Part shown: positions 17,501 through 26,202 of the stretch, in pieces
Layout: the number at the start of each line of letters is the position of its first letter
Numbering within the stretch: position 1 is the stretch's first letter
Source of the DNA: a virus
Lineage: Duplodnaviria > Caudoviricetes
DNA length: 28,644 bases
Virus record (IMG/VR): IMGVR_UViG_3300044272_005370
Span: 1-28,644 of that record
Strand: one strand, 5' to 3'
Translations under genes and position numbers: made by a program
Notes under the pieces: generated by a model
Databases searched by the model: none
Told to the model about the DNA's origin: nothing
What the model saw: only the letters and a program-made list of their open reading frames with translations

Positions 17501-17548
17501 ATATATACCTGATAGTGTATTATAATCTTTATTGAAGCTGTAAGACAT
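14501..17548 (-). CDS. Adhesin-like virion protein: PKD domain, His-containing Ig-like module, four Calx-beta-like repeats and a C-terminal alpha/beta domain
   Basis: PKD signature FFIDFGDGT...HTYKTSGNFPITLVVTN; four repeats of SVNEG...F...EGSETFT..LNNG.ASK..TINDTS; C-terminal YDVVWI...LSGFVTRGGTVI...GKIVYIGDQN typical of class-I glutamine-amidotransferase-like non-catalytic folds. It starts 1 nt after the gp6 stop. Confidence 0.7.
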   Translation of the reverse strand: MSYSFNKDYNTLSGIYIPLNIYDNRFQKILGESQNTSQAVVYTGNFGGVYAIPNFQTADASISDTDFFIDFGDGTIVENNLSAFHTYKTSGNFPITLVVTNSAGNFFRGKESYIVNINDPVPDKIFLTQSANTQDACESTIKFYISRYNNIVTSRNLSANDYRIKLSVQGNLNKLQQGVDYLENKNLQYENKSFFFTSPDENFEIIDSIKTNSEFIYGKMEYSEEAGSYLNLSTLSSANSQLVGTSGSASFMYYEPGPLSDQLGQLLVITSPEAGQNIESNSFTCLYKYYPQFLDPSAGYTVDHVHLILDGGSDVRDLDFDGSYTFTGVSYGDHTLEAFLATSDHVEIPASRTSVTFSTTETISYTLSSNKTSVNEGDTFSILLSATGINDGTSIPFTISGIQNEDISESTTGSFTINNDISVKTFNVESDLTTEGSETFTIALNNGQASKAVTINDTSLTQAFELSSNKASVNEGSTVKIALSTQNVSSGTTLPYTISGPGISINDFVGLSTLTGNFITDTTDSITLTLSSDTITEGSETFTVALNNGKASKEITINDTSVSTFSLGASTTSVNEGDSFTITLTTAGVADGTSVPYTITGIESGDISESLTGNFSVTSNTATATFNVNNDVTTEGSQTFTITLDNGEASKSVTINDTSVETYSLSSPLYINEGSSFNVILNTVGVSDSTTLNYTVTGISSTDMQQLSTGTFTVASSAATTLFTLSADLLTDGNKGFVLSLDNGKASVSACIIDTSTNPETESLKMLEIRGQSIYSSSSTSYFGAGTNAFRSQDDIDMFTISQYTSSSNDLDTLLDSDTYDVVWITDVNSLNYTDIQFTATTIEKLSGFVTRGGTVIKLSEHWNYNSYTSADDGAEGCSGQITELIYNMGGVTGSNSGWKDRSNSGTVYLNPTTQALSADIVNSGQITVAYSETIQNSRSNGIPIYNEVFYGTENNESPIHLWDGSSGHLNAGIQGKIVYIGDQNFYGYSGGGIGDATQFSRFLEPFYDYIARTK
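15281..16456 (-). repeat. Four tandem ~98-codon Calx-beta/Ig-like coding repeats
   Basis: Units begin YTLSSNKTSVNEG, FELSSNKASVNEG, FSLGASTTSVNEG and YSLSSPLYINEG, and each ends in I(N/I)DTS. Confidence 0.85.
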
Positions 17549-17549
17549 A

Positions 17550-19373
17550 TTATGCGTTCTCTATAATTATATTAGATAATATTGATTTTTTAGATAAAAA
17601 AGGATATTTAAAAAATGGTAATTTTAAATCGTTACCAATTATTTGTATATCATTATCTGAATATATAGGATTATATACTAAGAGACTTATACCATCTACT
17701 TCATTAATAGCAACTGAGTTATTAATACGTCTTGAAGTTATTTTTTCTACACCTTCAATATTAAAAATTTGATTAGATATTTCTTTTAAACTCACTAAAT
17801 CATTTAAATTTAAACTTTCAAAATAGTTTACAAATATATTATTAACTCTCTGCTTTATTGATTGAGTACTGGAGTTACTTAATACGTTTCTTGAAATAAC
17901 TAAAAATGATTCTTCAGAAATATCTTTAGTTAAAATTTCATTCTCTCCAGTTCTTACCCCTAAACTAAATGCAGTATATACAGGATCAACAGGAACTATA
18001 TTAATATTTGCTTGTTGTTTTTCTTTAAAAGTATTTATAATAGAGGATTTTTGAGAGGTAGATACAAAATTTAGATTATCATTCTTATCTACATTATTAA
18101 ATTTAGAAACTAAAAATAGATATATATTATTAGTTTGATTAATAGAATTGAAATTAACTTGATTGAATAAAACTCTACTATCATCATTAGGTTTATTTAG
18201 ACCTATATTTAAAAAATAATTTAAATATTCATCCACATAACGATCGTTATTTACCACACTAAAAGATTTTAAAATTTGTGAAAAATTAGACTGTAGAAAA
18301 TTATTATAATCATCTATTGTTATAACTCTATTTTGTAATTGAAAGTTTTTAGATGCATTAGTTCTAATACTTTCAACATCTTCTATATCTACTGGGGTTG
18401 TAGATTGTAAAGTATTAGAAAATGCTAAATATTGTATCTGCTGAGGGGTTATAAAATTAAATGTATTATTGTAAATATTGCGACCTATATTATCGAAACG
18501 AGGAGTAACATATAAATTTAAATAATTTCCATCTAATACACCGGGGGATACTACTCCTGCTTCACCTGATGATTGTATGTAATATATTAATACTGAATCA
18601 CCAGCATTTAACTTTTTGCCGAAGACCCCATTGCCAAATTTAAATTCATATAAACCATTTTCATTTAATCTTTTTTCATATGCTGTTGAATCTGAATTTT
18701 CTAAAAATAAACTACTTGTTTCATTAAACTCAACTATCTTTTTAGTATTATTATCTTGTACATATATACCTATAGAACTACTATCTATATTAATATTAAC
18801 ATTATCATCATTACTTTTTACTGCTAGTGGTATAATTTCGAAATCCTCTCCTAAAGCTAAAACTTCAGGGTATTCAAAATATTGACCTTCTCTTAATATA
18901 TTTTCACTAGAAAAATTTCCTAAAGTTTGATCTCCCGGTACTGTTTTGTTAAAAGTACTATCATTTATAAATGAATAATAAACTCCCCCAGCTATAAAAT
19001 AACTATACCTTTTTATGGTATATGTATCAATCGGTAATAAACCACTAGATTTTAAATCGAATGAAAGTAATGAAGTTTGATAACCTTTAGGTTTATAATC
19101 AATTAATTTAACAATTCTGTTCATATTTTCATATAAACTTGTATCCGTAAACATTGAATCTGATGAGGTTTGATTCAAATAAAATAAAAGTAAGTGGTAA
19201 CTATATGCAATTACGTCAATAATTGATGACATATTGCTACCTTCAAATGATTGGTCAGTATAAATACCCCCTTCATTCAATCTAGTTTGAATTAATTCTT
19301 TTAGAGATTTGGCATCAAAAGCAGTATAACTATCTCTTGATAAACTAAAATCAGTTAAATTTTTATCTGCCAT
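17550..19373 (-). CDS. gp6: Baseplate wedge subunit (T4 gp6-like)
   Basis: FDAKSLKELIQ...YTDQSFEGSNMSSIIDVIAY, IVKLIDYKPK, FKFGNGVFGKKL and EDVESIRTNASKNFQLQNRVITIDDY are typical gp6/baseplate-J motifs; adjacent to gp25. Confidence 0.88.
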   Translation of the reverse strand: MADKNLTDFSLSRDSYTAFDAKSLKELIQTRLNEGGIYTDQSFEGSNMSSIIDVIAYSYHLLLFYLNQTSSDSMFTDTSLYENMNRIVKLIDYKPKGYQTSLLSFDLKSSGLLPIDTYTIKRYSYFIAGGVYYSFINDSTFNKTVPGDQTLGNFSSENILREGQYFEYPEVLALGEDFEIIPLAVKSNDDNVNINIDSSSIGIYVQDNNTKKIVEFNETSSLFLENSDSTAYEKRLNENGLYEFKFGNGVFGKKLNAGDSVLIYYIQSSGEAGVVSPGVLDGNYLNLYVTPRFDNIGRNIYNNTFNFITPQQIQYLAFSNTLQSTTPVDIEDVESIRTNASKNFQLQNRVITIDDYNNFLQSNFSQILKSFSVVNNDRYVDEYLNYFLNIGLNKPNDDSRVLFNQVNFNSINQTNNIYLFLVSKFNNVDKNDNLNFVSTSQKSSIINTFKEKQQANINIVPVDPVYTAFSLGVRTGENEILTKDISEESFLVISRNVLSNSSTQSIKQRVNNIFVNYFESLNLNDLVSLKEISNQIFNIEGVEKITSRRINNSVAINEVDGISLLVYNPIYSDNDIQIIGNDLKLPFFKYPFLSKKSILSNIIIENA

Positions 19374-19378
19374 AAATA

Positions 19379-19386
19379 TATTTAAT
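19379..19386 (-). promoter_or_regulatory. Late-type promoter box ATTAAATA, 5 nt upstream of the gp6 ATG
   Basis: Plus strand TATTTAAT at 19379-19386. Confidence 0.5.
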
Positions 19387-19862
19387 TAGTAACTATAAAA
19401 ACCAGATCTGTTTAGTCTACCTTTTAAATTAAGGGGGTTATTGTCAAATTCAGGTATATTTATAGTAATGTTTAATTCATATTCTTGAAGTTCTAGATCT
19501 GATATTACTTCAATTTCAGTAAGTTGAATTCTTGGTTCAAATCCTGCTAAAGTATTGGTTATAGTTTCACCTATAACTCTAGCTCTAGCTCTTGATACAG
19601 GTAAAAAAAGTAAATCGCCAAAGTTCATACCAAACTCAGGATTTAAAATTTTTTGCCCAGGAAAGGTTGTAATCAAGTTTATTAGAGAATTTTTGATAGC
19701 CTCAAAATTTATAGAAGTATTTAAATCTTTTAAATTTTCAGGACTGTTAGCATCTTCACCTTTAACAATACCGGTATTTACATCTAAATTAATATCTCTA
19801 TATATAATATTATCATTAGTTTTACCTCTAACAGGTTGTAAAATATTTAATTTTATAGGCAT
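19386..19862 (-). CDS. gp25: Baseplate wedge / sheath-initiator protein (T4 gp25-like); start placed at ATG 19862 (MPIKLN...)
   Basis: YRDINLD, AIKNSLINLITTFPGQKILNPEFG.....LLF and FEPRI are GPW/gp25 signatures. The ATG at 19862 has a late box 5 nt upstream, unlike the non-ATG start at 19889. Confidence 0.88.
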   Translation of the reverse strand: MPIKLNILQPVRGKTNDNIIYRDINLDVNTGIVKGEDANSPENLKDLNTSINFEAIKNSLINLITTFPGQKILNPEFGMNFGDLLFLPVSRARARVIGETITNTLAGFEPRIQLTEIEVISDLELQEYELNITINIPEFDNNPLNLKGRLNRSGFYSY

Positions 19863-19867
19863 AATGA

Positions 19868-19875
19868 TATTTATT
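19868..19875 (-). promoter_or_regulatory. Late-type promoter box AATAAATA, 5 nt upstream of the gp25 ATG
   Basis: Plus strand TATTTATT at 19868-19875. Confidence 0.5.
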
Positions 19876-19885
19876 AAATTTTTTA

Positions 19886-22684
19886 TCAACCTATAAAGTT
19901 GTATAAAGTATTATTTTTATCCACCATATTTAAAGTTAAATTGTTTTCGTTTGTTTTTTGACCGCTAATAACTTTTAAATCAAGCGGTGATATATCAGAC
20001 AATATTTTATACACTTCTAGATTAACAGTAGAAGTAAATCCATTTTCATAATAAAATTTAATTGACCCGGTAGATGATATAGAATCATTAAATGATGTAT
20101 AATCGTGATTAAAATTACTCAATTTTAAAGTATTAGTAGATGGTCTAAAATTAGAATAAATTGTCTCTTTTATATTATCACCATAATCAACTTCTGCTTT
20201 ATATAAACTTAAACCATTAGATGATTGGACTATATTATCTAATTTAAAGTTTATATTTACTGAACCTGAATATGCAATAGTTATAGTGCTTGTAGTATTA
20301 CTTGATGGAAATGTAATACCTGGTAATGTTAAATTTCCCGAACCACTTAAAAAACTAAAAATTCCGGATGTATTAGCTATAGAAATTATTTTATTTCTAT
20401 TAGTATTAATTACAGAATTATTATAGTTAGAATATAGTTCATTATTAACTATAGAAATTTTATTATCTATAATTTTATAATTAAAATAATGAATTACTAT
20501 TGAATCATATTGATTTTTAAATGTAGTAATTAATATATACGAGTTATCATAGCTATTATATTTTAAATCACTATTAACTATTTCAACTATATTAAAACTT
20601 TCAGGAGGGTTATTAAAATTAAAAGGGTATAAAGCTGGTTCAATACCTATACCTATACCATCTACACCTATAATTCCATGAAGCCCATCTTCATTACCCA
20701 ATAAATTAGATGTTTTATCAATTTCTTTTATTTGATCTATAGTTTTCTTATTTGTATCAAACTTATATAATTCATAACGAAATAAATTTGAATCAATTGC
20801 ACCTGATAAACTTATATTGAATTTATATATAGAACCGTCATTATAACAATCTTTTGTAATGTATGCTAAATTAGGCTGGGTTAGATCTTTATCAATAATA
20901 AGTGGTGAGTTAGATAGTTCTATATAATTACCATCGTATCCGAATACATCTATTATTGAAAATGAACTTAAATCAATACTATATGTATCTTCATATACAT
21001 TTATATCTAAAATACCTTTACCGGTCAATTCATTAAATAAGGTTTTATTAAATGAAAATTTATTATAAATAGCATTAAAATTTGAACTTGAAAGCGGTTG
21101 TATAGATTGTGTAATAGCATCTTTAACATATATTTGTTTAAAAGAATTAATTTTATTATGAAAACCTGATAAAGGTTCAACAACATCAAACTGATTTTCA
21201 CTAACAGGTAAAGTATCACCTGATTTAAAATCTAAATCATCTATAAGTTCTATATCAGCTGAATTTCTTATAATACCTTTATTAGGTATCAATTGTATAT
21301 ATTCATTACCATAAATATCAGTTTCTATTTTATTTATTGAACCATGATTTATTAATTGACTTATTGAATTTGCATATAAACCATCATTTTTTATATCAAT
21401 TCTTCTATTTTCTAAGGATTGATAAGAGTGAAAATAATGACTTCTTTCATTTGATTTAACTGTATTTCGAGAAGACGAAGATGATATATTTTTATAACTA
21501 CTATTATCAAAATAAAAATTGAACGGGTTTTCCCTTTTTGTATTACTTAAATTTACTACATCCCCATATTCATTAGGATCAGGAAAAACGTATACAAAAT
21601 TTTCTATTAATTGAGGTTTTATTTTATTAATAAATTCTCCATCCACTCTTAATATGGAAAACTTAGTAGGATTAAAGAATAACCCTACACTTCTTTCATA
21701 ATCTATAGGAGCTTTTTCTTTAGCCATCGTTGATGGAAAATTAACATTAAATAAATTTTTTGCTTTATTTTTTGCTTCAAATAATTTTCCAGATACAAAT
21801 CCAGTATTTGTTGTACTTAAATAAAAATAATCAGTACCTACTAAATTTTCAGATAACTCAGCTTCAAATAATACTCTATAAGTATCTGTATTATTCCTAA
21901 TTTTATAATCAATAAAATCATCTTTTTGAAGTAAACTTGTATTTAATTCATTAAACTCTATAATTAATTTATAAGGGTTTAACTCAGAAATAGTAATATT
22001 ATTTTTATTTAAAACTTCAATTAAAGCTTTATCTAAATCTAAAAAACTGTTAACATTGATATCATTTGAGGTATAAGCTTCACTGGCATCTACTGATTCA
22101 GGATTTATATCAAAATAATCATTAAAAGTATCGTAACCTAATTCTATATCTACCCTTAGACCTGATAAAGAAACTTTATTTCCAACATAATCAGGACTGC
22201 TAAAAAAATTATTAATATTGTTTATTATTTGATCTTTAACACTAAAATTACTACCTTTACCTTGTTTTTGTCTTATTTCTCTCTGAAAGGTATTTCTTTT
22301 TTCTCTATAATAATTTAAAATTTCTACTATTTTTTTTCTATAGAAGGGAATGATATTAGTTAGTGAATCTTGCTCGAAAAAATCAATAGTGTTAAAAAAT
22401 CTTCTTTGTTCTTGAGTAGAATATTTTAAAGTTAAATCATTGAAAAAATTTAAATAAATTGACTTTATATTAACTGAATTATCTTTATTGTTATCAAAAT
22501 TGGTTTGTTTCCAATTACTTAAATATTTTTTATATTGATTAAAATTTTCTAAATCATTATTATCTATAACTTCAATATAATTTAAATATTCTATAAAATT
22601 AAAAGGACTACCAACATCATATTTATCATCAGATAAATTGTTGGTAATACTATTATAAACTACATACTCTTTAAATTTTATCAT
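19886..22684 (-). CDS. Large putative baseplate/virion protein
   Basis: 932-aa ORF between the gp5-like and gp25-like genes; ATTAAATA box at 22693-22700, 8 nt upstream; a possible PKD-like segment near the C-terminus (EVDYGDN...NHDY). Confidence 0.55.
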   Translation of the reverse strand: MIKFKEYVVYNSITNNLSDDKYDVGSPFNFIEYLNYIEVIDNNDLENFNQYKKYLSNWKQTNFDNNKDNSVNIKSIYLNFFNDLTLKYSTQEQRRFFNTIDFFEQDSLTNIIPFYRKKIVEILNYYREKRNTFQREIRQKQGKGSNFSVKDQIINNINNFFSSPDYVGNKVSLSGLRVDIELGYDTFNDYFDINPESVDASEAYTSNDINVNSFLDLDKALIEVLNKNNITISELNPYKLIIEFNELNTSLLQKDDFIDYKIRNNTDTYRVLFEAELSENLVGTDYFYLSTTNTGFVSGKLFEAKNKAKNLFNVNFPSTMAKEKAPIDYERSVGLFFNPTKFSILRVDGEFINKIKPQLIENFVYVFPDPNEYGDVVNLSNTKRENPFNFYFDNSSYKNISSSSSRNTVKSNERSHYFHSYQSLENRRIDIKNDGLYANSISQLINHGSINKIETDIYGNEYIQLIPNKGIIRNSADIELIDDLDFKSGDTLPVSENQFDVVEPLSGFHNKINSFKQIYVKDAITQSIQPLSSSNFNAIYNKFSFNKTLFNELTGKGILDINVYEDTYSIDLSSFSIIDVFGYDGNYIELSNSPLIIDKDLTQPNLAYITKDCYNDGSIYKFNISLSGAIDSNLFRYELYKFDTNKKTIDQIKEIDKTSNLLGNEDGLHGIIGVDGIGIGIEPALYPFNFNNPPESFNIVEIVNSDLKYNSYDNSYILITTFKNQYDSIVIHYFNYKIIDNKISIVNNELYSNYNNSVINTNRNKIISIANTSGIFSFLSGSGNLTLPGITFPSSNTTSTITIAYSGSVNINFKLDNIVQSSNGLSLYKAEVDYGDNIKETIYSNFRPSTNTLKLSNFNHDYTSFNDSISSTGSIKFYYENGFTSTVNLEVYKILSDISPLDLKVISGQKTNENNLTLNMVDKNNTLYNFIG

Positions 22685-22706
22685 TACAATAATATTTAAT
22701 ACTTAA

Positions 22707-25079
22707 TTATTCTTCAGGTGGTAGACCATGAGCAGTACCTTGAGCAGTTAAAGCCCCTGTATATGTTCTTCCATCACCCACACCGTTAGCCCCTGATAAA
22801 GAGGTAACTTCTATACCAGTTTTTTGATTATTAAATTGAGGTGAAGCTATTACTCTGTTCTCACTATTAATTCCTTGATTTTTTGCTGAAATACGAACAC
22901 CTTCATTTTTTTCAGTTAAAGTTAATGGTAAATTTTCAAATGAATGAGTGTGTGGATAAGTTACTAGAGTATCTGGTGCAGGTACTCCTCCTAATGTCCC
23001 ACCGTATAAAGATATAGTTGACCCAGGATAAGAACCACCAGGTGGTACTATAGCCCAACCTATAACTGCATTTTGTACTGTTTGACCTAAAGTTTGGGTA
23101 GCATTTGTTATTTGTGTTTCAGTAGGAGCAGTAACGTGTTGCAAAAATACCTCTCCTTCTACTGATAAGCCACCCCCTATAACTAAGTTTTTACTAACAC
23201 CTAAACCACTATCAATTAAAACTTGTCTTTGACGTTTATTACGTATTCTTAAAATTTCTGCACTTATATTAATAACTTTACCATCTATATTAACTTCATT
23301 TTCTGAACCAATATTAACTTGTTGACCTGCTATATTAGTAATACTTCCTGATATATTTGTCGGACCATAAGACTTTAAATTAATACCCCCTGCACCTACC
23401 ATTACGTTAAATCTATTATTAACATTTAAATTATAAGTACCGCCAGGAAGATCTTGAACATCAACATATTCTAACAATGGTCCTGAATCACTATTAACGT
23501 ATGTGGTGCGTGTACCTACTAAAACTTCATTATCTAATAATTTACCAATAGGATCAAGTCTTATACTGCCATAATCATTCATTACAGTACCGATATTTTC
23601 TAATTTATTTTTACTTATTTCTATAATTTCACTACCACCAAGACCAAAGTTCTTTTCTTTAATCATTAAATCTGCTTGTATTTCTAATATTTCTTTAGTT
23701 AAATCTTTAACTTGGGGTTCCCATTTACCATCTTGAGTTGAAGGGCTTTTTCCTATACCGTTTATAAATGGTTTACCCGATTCATTAGGCCAATTTTCAT
23801 TATTTGAACCCATAGTGGTCGAAGCAGGAGATTTAGGGTCAGTACTTTTTAAAAGACTTATATTTTCATCATAAATAGGTGCTTCACCACCCCCTAACGT
23901 AGCAGCTATATTTAATTGTGGAAAACCACTACTGCTAAAACTATTGCTGTTATTTAAACCAAAATATCTTCTAGAATTAGTTACAGGGAAATCAGCAAAT
24001 GAACCGTCTATAGTTTGTTCGTTACTGTTAACTTTTAAAATAATATCTCCATTAGACTTAATATTATTATTATTGGTTCTTTTTATGTCGAATAATTGTT
24101 TTATATCTTGAACAGTAGAAAAACTTTTTTTCCATTCTTCAAAGAAACTTTCATTTAAATTACCTATTTTTTTATACTTATCTCTTAGTACAATTTCATC
24201 AAAATTTTTACCAGTAAAACTATTTTTGAAACCTTTAACTGTACTATATTCATCATTTAAAACTAATTTTTGATTATTTTTAGTAGCTAATTCAGTATTT
24301 GTATTATTATTCAACTCTTTAAAGGAACCTGAATAATGGGTTAGTTTTATTTTTTCATTATGATCAGTATTGTTTATTTCAAAAGTTCCACCTTTTTGAT
24401 TTAAAACGTATTTATTTCTATAAGTTTTAACGTTGTAATCTTCTTCAGTTGAGCTACTGTCGTAATTTTCATACTTACCCGGGTAATCAACTTCATTATC
24501 ATAAATACCCTGCCAATCATCCTTACCGAAAGTAGTTCCTATAAGTACTGGAAATTGAGTATTACCTTCTCTAAAAAATACATATACATGGGAACCTACA
24601 CTTGGTATTCCAAAAGAGCCTTTTGCTTTATTTGAGTATGTATTAGGTTTGTAATTATATGAATAAGGATTTACATTGTTAATATTATTACTATTATTAC
24701 TAAAAGCATCACTTAATCTAAACATACTTTGGTCATAAATTTCACCCGATGAAGCAGAACTATCTCCACTTAAGTTGCTATAAAAATTAGAATCAGATAC
24801 GGTAGTTTTATTTTTATAATTATTATATCGTTTAGATGTATTTTCACTTGTTAAGGGGCAACTAACTTCAGCCCACGGTAGTATAGTCTTTAATTTAGAC
24901 ATAATTGGCTCAAGTTGACCATCAATAGTGGTAAAATATTTATCCGTATTATCTCCTATCCAATTTTCATATACAGTAGGTGATAAATGCGGTACAAATA
25001 CTTTTACTCTACCTCTTCTTTGAGGATCATTATTTTGAACTACAATACCTAAATATATACTATTAAATTCTTTTTCCAT
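22707..25079 (-). CDS. gp5: Baseplate central spike / hub protein (gp5 / Vgr OB-fold family)
   Basis: N-terminal OB-fold motifs YLGIVVQNNDPQRRGRVKVFVP, LPWA and GSFGIPSVGSHVYVFFREGNTQFPVLIG; beta-helix-like C-terminal half; HxH motif (PHTHSF) near the C-terminus; TAAATA box at 25090-25095. Confidence 0.8.
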   Translation of the reverse strand: MEKEFNSIYLGIVVQNNDPQRRGRVKVFVPHLSPTVYENWIGDNTDKYFTTIDGQLEPIMSKLKTILPWAEVSCPLTSENTSKRYNNYKNKTTVSDSNFYSNLSGDSSASSGEIYDQSMFRLSDAFSNNSNNINNVNPYSYNYKPNTYSNKAKGSFGIPSVGSHVYVFFREGNTQFPVLIGTTFGKDDWQGIYDNEVDYPGKYENYDSSSTEEDYNVKTYRNKYVLNQKGGTFEINNTDHNEKIKLTHYSGSFKELNNNTNTELATKNNQKLVLNDEYSTVKGFKNSFTGKNFDEIVLRDKYKKIGNLNESFFEEWKKSFSTVQDIKQLFDIKRTNNNNIKSNGDIILKVNSNEQTIDGSFADFPVTNSRRYFGLNNSNSFSSSGFPQLNIAATLGGGEAPIYDENISLLKSTDPKSPASTTMGSNNENWPNESGKPFINGIGKSPSTQDGKWEPQVKDLTKEILEIQADLMIKEKNFGLGGSEIIEISKNKLENIGTVMNDYGSIRLDPIGKLLDNEVLVGTRTTYVNSDSGPLLEYVDVQDLPGGTYNLNVNNRFNVMVGAGGINLKSYGPTNISGSITNIAGQQVNIGSENEVNIDGKVINISAEILRIRNKRQRQVLIDSGLGVSKNLVIGGGLSVEGEVFLQHVTAPTETQITNATQTLGQTVQNAVIGWAIVPPGGSYPGSTISLYGGTLGGVPAPDTLVTYPHTHSFENLPLTLTEKNEGVRISAKNQGINSENRVIASPQFNNQKTGIEVTSLSGANGVGDGRTYTGALTAQGTAHGLPPEE

Positions 25080-25118
25080 ATACTATCTATATTTAAAATT
25101 TACTTGTTTAATATCCAT

Positions 25119-26189
25119 TTATATATAATTTAAAAAATCACCATTTTCATCAAGTTGAACGCGTCTTTTATCCTTATTAGGTTTATTTCTATTTTCATCA
25201 GTAGTTTCAAACGCTACATAACCTATTATTTCATTGGTATCGGGATCTACTATATTTTCTATAACTTTGTAACTTACTGAATAATTTACCTTTTCTGTAG
25301 TAGTACTTTGAAAATCATCATTTAAAAATTTTAAATAATTTAATGTTTTTTCTTCTTTATCGTATCTATTAGTTAAGTCTATATTTCTTGCTAAAGGATT
25401 TTTATTTTCTTTAATACTAAATATTTGAGATTCTTGTTTATTGATTACACTTTTTGATATAGTAGTTTCATTTACAATTTCATTATCAAAAAATGTAAAA
25501 TCTAAACTATTAGTATCAACAAAACTATCTACACTATGTGATTTTAAATTATTAACTTGATTATCAAAAATAGTAGATTCCGAAATACTATTAAATGATA
25601 AATCAAATATTTTATTTTTTTGTTGTATAACTAAACTATCAACAAAATTTAATTGTTTTTGAGGGTCAAAACTAAAATCTCTAATTTGAGTATTAGATAA
25701 TTTATTTAAACTACCTAATACATCTATTGTACTTTTTCCTGTAATAATACCTGCTTCAATTTCACTACTTATACTATCTAATTGTACATCTAAAACAGTA
25801 TTTAATTTGTCATTTAATGAAATTTCATCTAAATTTATATTAGTATATCTTGAGGCTAAATTTTTAGAAAAATTATTCAAATTTTGACCAATATTTTCAT
25901 CTATTACTCCATATAAAGCATTTAAATTTAAACTAGCTAAAGAAGGAAATGGTAAACCTTTTAAAGCATTTGCAAAGGTTATACCACCAGTTAATTTTGA
26001 TAAATTTAAATTTAAACTAGTTCCTATCATACCTCTTAAATTATTAACTAAACCACCTGTAGTAGTATTAATTAAATTAGTTTTTACCATACTACTTAAA
26101 TTTTGAATCTTTGATGCAGCTATATTTCTTAAACCATTTGTAAGGTTACCTATTAAACTACCAAAATTTATATTTAGACCGAATGCCAT
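25119..26189 (-). CDS. Hypothetical late protein with Gly/Leu/Asn-rich amphipathic N-terminus
   Basis: 356-aa ORF; AGTAAATA box 5 nt upstream of the ATG; precedes the gp5-like gene. Confidence 0.55.
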   Translation of the reverse strand: MAFGLNINFGSLIGNLTNGLRNIAASKIQNLSSMVKTNLINTTTGGLVNNLRGMIGTSLNLNLSKLTGGITFANALKGLPFPSLASLNLNALYGVIDENIGQNLNNFSKNLASRYTNINLDEISLNDKLNTVLDVQLDSISSEIEAGIITGKSTIDVLGSLNKLSNTQIRDFSFDPQKQLNFVDSLVIQQKNKIFDLSFNSISESTIFDNQVNNLKSHSVDSFVDTNSLDFTFFDNEIVNETTISKSVINKQESQIFSIKENKNPLARNIDLTNRYDKEEKTLNYLKFLNDDFQSTTTEKVNYSVSYKVIENIVDPDTNEIIGYVAFETTDENRNKPNKDKRRVQLDENGDFLNYI

Positions 26190-26194
26190 ATATA

Positions 26195-26202
26195 TATTTA
26201 CT
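26195..26202 (-). promoter_or_regulatory. Late-type promoter box AGTAAATA, 5 nt upstream of ATG 26189
   Basis: Plus strand TATTTACT at 26195-26202, abutting the -35 of the divergent sigma70 promoter. Confidence 0.5.

Noticed and set aside
19863-19889. Longer gp25 start at 19889 given in the ORF track
   Set aside because: Non-ATG start overlapping the upstream stop; the ATG at 19862 has the late box at the usual 5-nt spacing.
18616-19896. Plus-strand ORFs 18616-18885 and 19555-19896
   Set aside because: Antisense to the well-supported gp6 and gp25 genes.
21025-21219. 64-aa same-strand alternative-frame ORF
   Set aside because: Nested in the 932-aa gene; its Leu/Ile-rich composition is typical of off-frame AT-rich sequence.
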